A stretch of DNA of 64,000 nt, taken from positions 1 to 64,000 of IMG/VR virus record IMGVR_UViG_2788500332_000006, one strand, 5' to 3'. Of this stretch, positions 1 to 7,464 are shown in pieces. The DNA comes from a virus (lineage: Duplodnaviria; Caudoviricetes). The stretch's first letter is position 1, and every line of letters begins with the position of its first letter. The position numbers and the translations under genes were made by a program. The notes beneath the pieces were generated by a model, which was not told the DNA's origin, made no database searches, and worked only from the letters and a program-made list of their open reading frames with translations.

Positions 1-639
1 ATGTGCAATCTCTACAGCCTAACCCGGGCGCCCGCCGCCATCCGCGCCATCGCCAAAGCCATGGTCGATCGCACCGGCAATTTGGAACCCTTGCCCTCTA
101 TCTTCCCTGACCAAATGGCTCCGGTTATTCGCGAAAGCTCAGATGGCCGCGAGATCCTGCGGATGCGCTGGGGAATGCCGGGGCCGGCCACTTACGGCGG
201 CGCGCCGATCACCAATATCCGCAACACCGACTCGAGCTGGTGGCGGCGCTGGCTTGGGCCGGAGAGCCGGTGCATCGTCCCTGCGTCGTCATTCTGCGAA
301 TACGCCGATACCAAGCCTCGCAAGACCCCGACGTGGTTCGCCCTCGATGACGAGCGCTCGCTGTTCTTCTTTGCCGGCCTGTGGACTTCGTGGACCGGGA
401 CTCGAGGTACCAAGGCCGAGCCGGTCACCGGCGAGCATCAGCTCTACGCCTTCCTAACCACCGACGCGAACGAGGTGGTAAAGCCGATCCATCCCAAGGC
501 CATGCCGGTGATCCTCACCAGCGCCGAAGAGGTCGAGGTCTGGCTGCGGGCACCATGGGCCGAGGCTAAGGCACTACAGCGCCCTCTGCCGAACGATGCC
601 CTCAAGATCGTCGCCAGCGGTAGCCGCGAAGATTCATAA
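1..639 (+). CDS. SOS response-associated peptidase (SRAP/YedK/HMCES family)
   Basis: N-terminal [35 protein letters not shown] motifs. Confidence 0.93.
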   Translation: MCNLYSLTRAPAAIRAIAKAMVDRTGNLEPLPSIFPDQMAPVIRESSDGREILRMRWGMPGPATYGGAPITNIRNTDSSWWRRWLGPESRCIVPASSFCEYADTKPRKTPTWFALDDERSLFFFAGLWTSWTGTRGTKAEPVTGEHQLYAFLTTDANEVVKPIHPKAMPVILTSAEEVEVWLRAPWAEAKALQRPLPNDALKIVASGSREDS

Positions 640-682
640 CCAGCTTCTCCAAAGCTCAGCGCAAGCGCTGGAGCATCGGCAC

Positions 683-715
683 AAAAAAAGCCCCGCCCGG
701 GATCACCGGACGGGG
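683..715 (-). terminator. Intrinsic terminator ending the late/lysis operon
   Basis: GC-rich hairpin 691-715 followed by T7 on the minus strand. Confidence 0.8.
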
Positions 716-720
716 AGATG

Positions 721-1173
721 TCAGGGAAAGAAGTCGGTCGTCGTCACCCAGAAAGGATGGCAGTGGTGATAAAGGCGGGCGAAGGAATTCCGTTTCACGC
801 CGTCCGGCGGAAGGTTAATGATCCACGGGCCGGCGCGTTGAAGGCCGACGGGGCGGGTCGGGCCGGACGTGTCTTTCTCGTCCCGCAGCAGGATGATGGC
901 GACGCGCTCGAACGTCGTAGCCGGCGTCCCGGCATACCAGGAAATCCCCATGTACTCGCAGTTCCGCAGCTTGCGAAACGACGCCCGGACTTCGGTCCTC
1001 CCGTCCGCGGTTGGCCGAATGTCCTCAATCCAGAGCTTGGAGACCACTGGGAAATAGAGCGTTTCCAGGGCCGGACCGACGGCGAAAACGGTGAAAACCA
1101 TCCCGAAGAAAATGATGCTGGCGCAGCACATCTTGAGCATGGATACGCCGAACGCCTCGAGCCTACGGCGCAT
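721..1173 (-). CDS. Hypothetical membrane-anchored protein downstream of the lysis cassette
   Basis: ATG at 1173 overlaps the upstream gene end; N-terminal hydrophobic segment. Confidence 0.7.
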   Translation of the reverse strand: MRRRLEAFGVSMLKMCCASIIFFGMVFTVFAVGPALETLYFPVVSKLWIEDIRPTADGRTEVRASFRKLRNCEYMGISWYAGTPATTFERVAIILLRDEKDTSGPTRPVGLQRAGPWIINLPPDGVKRNSFARLYHHCHPFWVTTTDFFP

Positions 1174-1441
1174 GGAAGAACCCTCCGCGGAAGATGAAGT
1201 TCGTGACAAGGGCAATCGCCGATGTTCCGAAGGCTGTAAGAACCCACCATCCAAGGCGATTGATCGAATCGAGACGACCTTCGATCCCAGTAAGCCGTTT
1301 CTCGAGGTACTCATCTCGGACCTCCCGCTTGGCGGCCTCTGTCTCATAATCCGACATACGATCGGTGAGCGCCCCGATCGATTTGGCGTGACTGATGACG
1401 TCCCGCTCGATGAAATCCACGCGGTCTAGCGGCGGCGTCAT
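1163..1441 (-). CDS. Coiled-coil protein with C-terminal TM helix (XhlA/holin-like)
   Basis: Coiled coil then LGWWVLTAFGTSAIALVTNFIF; lysis context. Confidence 0.6.
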   Translation of the reverse strand: MTPPLDRVDFIERDVISHAKSIGALTDRMSDYETEAAKREVRDEYLEKRLTGIEGRLDSINRLGWWVLTAFGTSAIALVTNFIFRGGFFHAP

Positions 1442-1819
1442 CTATTTTCCCCCGGGGCTCTTGGCCTCATCCGCGCCAGCGGTGCCGGCCGGCGCTACGG
1501 ACAGGCCGGCCCTGACATCGTCATAGAAGGCGGCGCAATCTTGGGCGCGGCGATCCTCGTTGTCGGCGACGATCTCCCAGCGGCCTTGCACCGCCCGCCA
1601 TTTCTCACCGGGTTTCGGCACGACGCGGGGCATCTTGTCGCGGCAGCGAGCCGGCTGTTCCGGAAGCGAAACCCCAGCGTTCTGGCGGCCGATCTCACTT
1701 GATGCCGCTTCCAGCCTGGCCCCGAGATTTCCGCAGCCAGTCAAGATCGTCAGGAGAGACGCGACAGCCATCATCGCCAGTGTCGGCCGCGACGGCGGCC
1801 TCGTATTTTGCCCACGCAT
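1442..1819 (-). CDS. o-spanin (Rz1-like lipoprotein); start 1819 or 1774
   Basis: Lipobox LTGC, Pro-rich, overlaps the i-spanin 3' end in another frame. Confidence 0.75.
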   Translation of the reverse strand: MRGQNTRPPSRPTLAMMAVASLLTILTGCGNLGARLEAASSEIGRQNAGVSLPEQPARCRDKMPRVVPKPGEKWRAVQGRWEIVADNEDRRAQDCAAFYDDVRAGLSVAPAGTAGADEAKSPGGK

Positions 1820-2093
1820 CGTCCGCTTCCCTGTTGGCTGCCTCGGCCCGCGCCCGGTCGCTTGCTGCCGCCGCCTCGGCAATCTTGAACTGGCGCTTCA
1901 TCTCGTCCACCTGGCCTTGCAGCGCCAGCTTTTCCGACGCCGCCACGAAGCCCTCGCGCGCTGCCTTGGCCACCGCCGGATCGTCGATCCAGGCGTCGTA
2001 GAGGCCGAGCGCCGCGAAGGTGACGGCGGCGCCGGTGACGAGGCCGGCGATGGCGGCGGCCGTGGTGCCGATCTTGTCGAGCAGGCCGAACAT
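1695..2093 (-). CDS. i-spanin (Rz-like)
   Basis: N-terminal TM, Ala-rich coiled coil, C-terminal Cys; TGATG coupling to the endolysin. Confidence 0.75.
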   Translation of the reverse strand: MFGLLDKIGTTAAAIAGLVTGAAVTFAALGLYDAWIDDPAVAKAAREGFVAASEKLALQGQVDEMKRQFKIAEAAAASDRARAEAANREADDAWAKYEAAVAADTGDDGCRVSPDDLDWLRKSRGQAGSGIK

Positions 2094-2683
2094 CACGGCA
2101 CCCCCGAGGCGCAAAGTTCGCCCTCGCCGATACGCGCGGCGTCGCCCATGCCGCGCCGGCGGGCGAGACCGACCACCATGCGGCCGCCGGCCCGGTTGAA
2201 GGCGGTGGCGGCCACGCAGCTCTCCAGCCAGCGGCCGGCCCGGCCGAGCCGCGCCGCCGTCGAGCCGCAGGCGGCGCCGGCGCCGATATTCCAGGACAGC
2301 GAGTTCATCATCGCGCGCCAGCTCAGCGGCGCCTTACCCCAATTCGGGATGCAGGCCACGAGCTTGGCCCGATAGTCGCGCACGAGCCGCGTCGCCAGGC
2401 GCTTGTCGCAGCCGGCCGGCGTCTCCACCATGCCTGGCCGGACGTTGGCCGTATCGCCGTCGCAGATCGTATAGACCGGCGGTTTGGCGATCTTGTCGAG
2501 ATAGGCGGTCAGCGAGCGGCCCTCCCACGGCTTGACGAGCACCTGCACCGCCAGCGCTACGTCATCGGGCACAGGCTTTTCGCCGGGGAACAGCGCCACC
2601 GTGCCGCTGGCGCCGGCGGCGAGCACGATGGCGGCAATGGCCGCCTTGGCGCGCTTGCTGGGCGCGAGCTTAACGGTCGCCAT
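2093..2683 (-). CDS. SAR-type endolysin, GH24 lysozyme
   Basis: Gly/Ala-rich N-terminal anchor; EGRSLTAYLD...TICDGDT catalytic region; GLARRR; GGAGG RBS. Confidence 0.9.
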   Translation of the reverse strand: MATVKLAPSKRAKAAIAAIVLAAGASGTVALFPGEKPVPDDVALAVQVLVKPWEGRSLTAYLDKIAKPPVYTICDGDTANVRPGMVETPAGCDKRLATRLVRDYRAKLVACIPNWGKAPLSWRAMMNSLSWNIGAGAACGSTAARLGRAGRWLESCVAATAFNRAGGRMVVGLARRRGMGDAARIGEGELCASGVP

Positions 2684-2900
2684 CGTGCAAAACCTCCTGG
2701 AGGACGTAGCGGGCGACGAAGGCGGCAAAGACCACGCCGAAGGCCACGAAGGGGAACACATCAGCAGGGATGAGGCTGGAGCCGGCGAAGTACGGCAGCA
2801 CCGCCTCCGCCGCCGAGAGCAGCCCACCGATGATGAGGATGTGGGACGTCCACGAGTGCCTGAGCACTCGGCGGGCGTTGGGGACGAGACGGAAACTCAT
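2670..2900 (-). CDS. Holin (2 TM)
   Basis: 76 aa, two hydrophobic helices, directly upstream of the endolysin. Confidence 0.75.
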   Translation of the reverse strand: MSFRLVPNARRVLRHSWTSHILIIGGLLSAAEAVLPYFAGSSLIPADVFPFVAFGVVFAAFVARYVLQEVLHDGDR

Positions 2901-2918
2901 GAGATCGAGATCCTCATG

Positions 2919-2941
2919 AAAAAGCCCGCGCGAGGCGGGCT
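2919..2941 (-). terminator. Intrinsic terminator upstream of the holin
   Basis: AGCCCGC/GCGGGCT hairpin plus T5. Confidence 0.65.
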
Positions 2942-3152
2942 GGGATAGAAAACTACTGACTGATGTGGCACGATGTGCTGCACGGACTGCGAGGCGCCAA
3001 TGACACATTTCGCGACAAGTGGCGGTTACACTTTGAGTGGCATTTCGAGCCAACCCGGCAATGGCGATCGCTGCGTCACAGGGAACGCCGGCTGCACCTC
3101 AACCACATTTGGCGAGGGGGGCAACGGCGGGAGCGTGGCGTCGAAGGGGGCG

Positions 3153-3347
3153 ATGGTCAAAATCATTTCTCGCGAGCAGTTTGAAGAAAGGATGATCCGT
3201 GAGGAGCGGAAAATCCGCGAAGGGCAGCGTCATTTACACACCGGCTATCGCATCGAGGCGGTGGACGCTCCTGGTGTAAGCTTCGGCCAATCGGAGGCCT
3301 TTACGGCAGCCGTAGTTAGTTTCTTGGACGAAATCGCCGAAGAATGA
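3153..3347 (+). CDS. Small hypothetical moron opposite to the late operon
   Basis: 64 aa ORF with G-rich RBS filling an intergenic gap. Confidence 0.45.
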   Translation: MVKIISREQFEERMIREERKIREGQRHLHTGYRIEAVDAPGVSFGQSEAFTAAVVSFLDEIAEE

Positions 3348-3394
3348 GCGGGCTAAACGGGTGAAGGCTTAAGCGCTGGCGGTAACCAATCCGC

Positions 3395-3718
3395 CTATAT
3401 CAGCCACTCCCGCAAAGGCGGATGTGGCTCGACCACCTCGCCGCCGATCACCGGCGCCGAGGTGCCAACGCCCCACCAGAGCAGGTTGACGTGATAGCCG
3501 GGGAGCGCGGCCATGGGCGCGTTGCCCTCCGCGTCCGGCTCGCCGGTTTGCTCGTAGAGCATACCGATCATGTCGATATCGCAGCGGATGCCGTCGACGT
3601 CGACGAGCGGCGGCACGGTCTCGGCCGAGGTTTCCGGATCGATAGTAAGCCAGCCGGCGGCGCGGAGAGCGTCGAGAGCGGCGGCCTGGTCTGCAAACCG
3701 CAAGCGGATCGTCTGCAT
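3395..3718 (-). CDS. Hypothetical protein, probable head-fibre partner/chaperone
   Basis: TGATG-coupled to the head fibre gene; GYHVNL motif. Confidence 0.7.
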   Translation of the reverse strand: MQTIRLRFADQAAALDALRAAGWLTIDPETSAETVPPLVDVDGIRCDIDMIGMLYEQTGEPDAEGNAPMAALPGYHVNLLWWGVGTSAPVIGGEVVEPHPPLREWLI

Positions 3719-5037
3719 CACGCGCTCCATGCCTTGGCTTGAGCAACAACTGCGCTCGCGGCCGGCCTATCCGGGAGAGCCCATGCGACAAGCTCCCGAA
3801 GCCTGATGATCTGGCTAGCCGACAAGCCCGTGTTTTGGCCGATGAACATTGGCGACGTCGGGTAGGTAATCACCACGGAAGTCTCCGAATGGGTACCGCC
3901 GTTAGTGGCACCACGCCTGCCTGATGGCCCCCACCCGATGAGCGTCCCTACGTTGCCGGGAAGGACTGCCGTGCCCACCGTTATGGCAGCATTCGAGATG
4001 CCGTCCATTACGAGGTTTTCCGGCGTGACGCTGGAGGCGCGCAGGAAGGGTCTGTACGTGGAGCTTTCCAGCGAGCCGAGAAGGAACTGATTGCCCTTGA
4101 GCACCGGGATGGACGCCCTGTAGGCCCAGGCTGTGGCATCGCCGGCACCCGCCCAGAGCGGGACGATATCGGTTGGCCGTGTGATGATAGTGCCGGATGT
4201 CGGGACCGGCGAGGATGCGGCAGGAGCCTTTTCCCACTGCGGGAGGCTCACGCGGATCGTGAAGTCGATGGCAGTGCCTACCGACGAGAGGAAGACCAGC
4301 CTGGGGTGCGCAAAGGCGCAATCCGACCTAGCCATAGTGTACGTGTGCGAGAAGCGACGGGGGCTGCCAGACACGTTGCCTTTAATGTCGGCGCTGCGGG
4401 AACCGATAATTCCCGCTCCTGCGCTATCTCGCTCGTACAGTTCCAGGCGGACTTCTAGGCCAGCGAAAGAGCCACCGACAAGAGCCAGGAACAGCGACTC
4501 CGTAACGGTATCGCCTTGCACGGCGGCGATGCCCGCTGCCGTAGTTCCCTCGAAATACAGCGTCCAGGAGGACTCAGTGAGCACGCCCGCCATGCGGATG
4601 TCTACGCATGGGAAGCCTTTGTCGGTCACGCCGGCGGTTATTGTCCGAGTCAGGCCGCCGCCGTTGTAGGTATTCCAGTAGGTTGGAAACTGGCCCGGCG
4701 AGCCGGAGGCTGCGCCTGCATTCGTGCTGGTTCGGATGCCGGGGGTGGCCGCGCCCTCGAACAGCATTTCGCGGACGCCGTTCGACCAGTCATAGGCGAG
4801 CGTGTTGGCCGGAACGGTCTGTAGGCTGCCATCGGCCGCGATCACATACTTGATGCCGCCCTGGCGCGACACCAGTTCGTTGTCATTGGCCGACCGGCCG
4901 CCGAGCATCGACTTGCCCGAGGCCGGCGACAGGATAGCGAGCGGAGAAACGCCGTCGAGGCGGTGGGCAGCGCCGAGCCACCAGCCCGCCTTAGAACGCA
5001 CAGCAGCCTCGGCGAGGCCCAAACCAAGTCCGAGCAT
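3718..5037 (-). CDS. Head spike fibre protein (RcGTA Rcc01080-like N-terminus)
   Basis: Starts MLGLGLGL; follows spike base gene; EGAAT and QWE..SSPVPT..TRPTD fibre motifs. Confidence 0.75.
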   Translation of the reverse strand: MLGLGLGLAEAAVRSKAGWWLGAAHRLDGVSPLAILSPASGKSMLGGRSANDNELVSRQGGIKYVIAADGSLQTVPANTLAYDWSNGVREMLFEGAATPGIRTSTNAGAASGSPGQFPTYWNTYNGGGLTRTITAGVTDKGFPCVDIRMAGVLTESSWTLYFEGTTAAGIAAVQGDTVTESLFLALVGGSFAGLEVRLELYERDSAGAGIIGSRSADIKGNVSGSPRRFSHTYTMARSDCAFAHPRLVFLSSVGTAIDFTIRVSLPQWEKAPAASSPVPTSGTIITRPTDIVPLWAGAGDATAWAYRASIPVLKGNQFLLGSLESSTYRPFLRASSVTPENLVMDGISNAAITVGTAVLPGNVGTLIGWGPSGRRGATNGGTHSETSVVITYPTSPMFIGQNTGLSASQIIRLRELVAWALPDRPAASAVVAQAKAWSA

Positions 5038-5044
5038 GATCTCC

Positions 5045-5344
5045 TCACCACAACGCGACGATATTGGTCGCCGTCGTGCCGGTCGCGAGAACGCGAGCGA
5101 CGCGGACCGGCACCCAGCCACTGACTTGCTTCAGCGTCACGGTCGAGCCGCCGACGGTAGTGATCGCGAGATCGCCGGCCGTGCCGACATAAAGCGCGCG
5201 GCTCGCGACAGCGAGGTCGGTGTCGTCATCCGGCGTCACGGTGCCGGCAAAAGCGGCTGGAATATCGAGACCGCTAACCGGAGTGCCGGCCTCATCGAGG
5301 ACCACTGCACCAATCGAAAGAGCGGAGAAGGTAGAGCTGGGCAT
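5045..5344 (-). CDS. Head spike base protein (Rcc01079 family)
   Basis: VTPDDDTDL..RALYVGTAGDL...PVRVARVLATGTTATNIVALW signature. Confidence 0.85.
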   Translation of the reverse strand: MPSSTFSALSIGAVVLDEAGTPVSGLDIPAAFAGTVTPDDDTDLAVASRALYVGTAGDLAITTVGGSTVTLKQVSGWVPVRVARVLATGTTATNIVALW

Positions 5345-5356
5345 TCGGCGCTCCAA

Positions 5357-5689
5357 TCAGGATGAGGTTGGTTCGGTCGGAACGACCAGGAACATGCCGT
5401 AGATGGTTGACCCTTCGGCAACCGGCCTCAGAGCGAGCGTCGCAGGAGCGCCCTCGCCGTCATGGGTGGCGGAGAAGAGAATCTTCCCGACCAAGGCGGC
5501 CACCGCGTCGGCCTCGACGTTGGAGAGATCCTTGTCCGCCTTGGACGGGAGCATCTGTTCGGCGGCAGCAACCGCCGCAGCCACCGTCTGGGACGCGGCC
5601 TTGACGACACCGGCCGCCTTGACCGCGTCCTGAAGAACGCTTTTCGCGACTGTGAGTGCCGCCTGGCTGGCGGCATCATCGTAAGCCAT
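5357..5689 (-). CDS. Hypothetical virion protein
   Basis: GGAG RBS; Ala-rich helix; KADKDLSNV fibre-like motif. Confidence 0.6.
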   Translation of the reverse strand: MAYDDAASQAALTVAKSVLQDAVKAAGVVKAASQTVAAAVAAAEQMLPSKADKDLSNVEADAVAALVGKILFSATHDGEGAPATLALRPVAEGSTIYGMFLVVPTEPTSS

Positions 5690-5709
5690 CGGGGTTCTCC
5701 AGAGGTTGC

Positions 5710-5952
5710 TCAGGACCAGAGCGAGATCGTCGGGACCGGCGTATTGGTCGACGTGACCGCCGGGATGATCACCACCATGCCGGCCGGCAGGATCGGGCCG
5801 GCCTCGGCCAGCCCCGGGTTCGCCGCGAGGACCGCCTCGGTGTGGTTGGTATTCTCGCCGTAGTAGCCATAGGCGATGTCGTCGACGGTATCCCCGTCGA
5901 TGGTGGCATATCGAACCACGCCGTCCGAGCCGGTCACATAGCGGTAGTTCAT
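5710..5952 (-). CDS. Tail protein X (P2 GpX, LysM-like)
   Basis: GDTVDDIAY.YYG...VLAANPGLA..GPILPAG...LW. Confidence 0.92.
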   Translation of the reverse strand: MNYRYVTGSDGVVRYATIDGDTVDDIAYGYYGENTNHTEAVLAANPGLAEAGPILPAGMVVIIPAVTSTNTPVPTISLWS

Positions 5953-6953
5953 TCAGATGCTCCGGAGTCGGGCACGTCGCAGGAGAGCGACGTGGTGTAA
6001 GGGCCGGTCGCGGAGAAGGAGTGTGTGGCCGACTTGATGCGCCACTTCCCATCGACGTCAGCCCGGGCGCCCGAGACGACTGCAGTCGCCTCCGCGAGCG
6101 CGAACGGATCTCCGTCGATTCCGAAGGTTGCACTGGCCTGAGCCCGCCTCAGATCCGCGGCCTTGGCCTTGGCCGCGCGTTTGGCGACGGTCTCATTCTC
6201 GTAGGGCTCGCGGATGTTCCAGACCGGCCCGTCCAGGCCGGTCGTTTCGGACACCAACTTCTTCTCGTTCTTGCCTCGATCGTAGTGCGACGCGACGACG
6301 CTGGAGTAGGCTTTGTCGTCGCTCCACGTGACCGAATAGCTGATGAGGTTTCCCGGCCGGGTGACGGCGACTGAACCGAGCGAGTTTCCGCTCGCGCTTT
6401 GCCCGCCTCCCTTAGGCACGGCGACGAGCCGCTGATCCTTGATCGAAATGGTGGCGCCGAGCTTGTCGCAAAGCCTCAAGAGGAACTGAATCCCGTCCTC
6501 GTCGGCCATCGCCTCGTAGAGGTTTTCGATCTGCGCGATGGCGGCGTGGAGCGCCGGCTCGACCCCGACCATGCCGGCGATATGCCGGAGGATCGCGCCA
6601 TAGTTCGGAAAGTCGGCCGGCTTGAATGCGAGCGTCTGCCGCTGCTTTGCCAACGATTTCGCTGCGACTGATTGCGCCGAGACCTTGGCGCCCTGAGGCC
6701 AGCCGTCCAGGGTGACGGCATCGACGGAAAACCGCCCAAAGTCACGAAGCCGCCCCTTGTACCCCCCGATCACCTGCAAAATGGCTCCAGCCTTCGGCCT
6801 CTCCACTCGACCGTCCTTATCGTCGATGTCGATATCGACCCGGTCGGCAGTGAGGCCTTCGTTGTCCGTCACCGTCATGGTGGCGCCAAGGCCGAGCAGC
6901 TTGTCCGTGATGTCGACGCCGTTGGCCTTGATGTAAAAGACCGGGGTTTTCAT
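5949..6953 (-). CDS. Baseplate hub / late control D (P2 GpD)
   Basis: Size and position after GpU; P.FYIKANGVDIT, TDNEG..AD motifs. Confidence 0.88.
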   Translation of the reverse strand: MKTPVFYIKANGVDITDKLLGLGATMTVTDNEGLTADRVDIDIDDKDGRVERPKAGAILQVIGGYKGRLRDFGRFSVDAVTLDGWPQGAKVSAQSVAAKSLAKQRQTLAFKPADFPNYGAILRHIAGMVGVEPALHAAIAQIENLYEAMADEDGIQFLLRLCDKLGATISIKDQRLVAVPKGGGQSASGNSLGSVAVTRPGNLISYSVTWSDDKAYSSVVASHYDRGKNEKKLVSETTGLDGPVWNIREPYENETVAKRAAKAKAADLRRAQASATFGIDGDPFALAEATAVVSGARADVDGKWRIKSATHSFSATGPYTTSLSCDVPDSGASE

Positions 6954-7453
6954 CAGAAGCCGATCCCAATGGAAGCGGAAAGGCCGCTCGAGCTGATAGA
7001 GAGAGAAGCGCTGAAGTTGGCCGTCCCGAGCAAGGCGGCCGCGGCAATGCTGCGGGCCGCGCCCTCTTCATCCAGCATCAGGGTCAGCGTGGACGTCACG
7101 CACTGCGGCGATCCCGACGGGTCCAGCATCGTCTGTTCGTCGTCGATGCTCGTGGCTACCCATTTGCCGAAGATGTTCATGCCGGAGCCGTTGATATGCA
7201 CGAGCTGCAGAGACTCCTGGGCAATCACCGCCTGTCGAATGCCGGCTAGCTGCGTGAGCCCATTGCCGTTGAGGTGCTGCGGATAGAAGGTCGACGAGAG
7301 CGTGATTGTCTCGTCGCCCGGCCCGAGCCGATGCAGCTTGGGACGGGCGCCGATGACCGGCTGCGAACTAACCCGTGCCTGGATCGAGCGTCGTATCGTC
7401 TCGACCGAGTAATTCGGAACGGTGAACCGATACGGCCCCCAACCCATGAGCAT
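6953..7453 (-). CDS. Tail protein U (P2 GpU)
   Basis: MGWGPYRF, GPGDETITLS, G..FGKWV; after tape measure. Confidence 0.88.
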   Translation of the reverse strand: MLMGWGPYRFTVPNYSVETIRRSIQARVSSQPVIGARPKLHRLGPGDETITLSSTFYPQHLNGNGLTQLAGIRQAVIAQESLQLVHINGSGMNIFGKWVATSIDDEQTMLDPSGSPQCVTSTLTLMLDEEGAARSIAAAALLGTANFSASLSISSSGLSASIGIGF

Positions 7454-7464
7454 GGTAGTTCTCC

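Noticed and set aside
2965-2981. Possible sigma-54 promoter TGGCAC...GC
   Set aside because: GG-to-GC spacing is not the required 10 nt.
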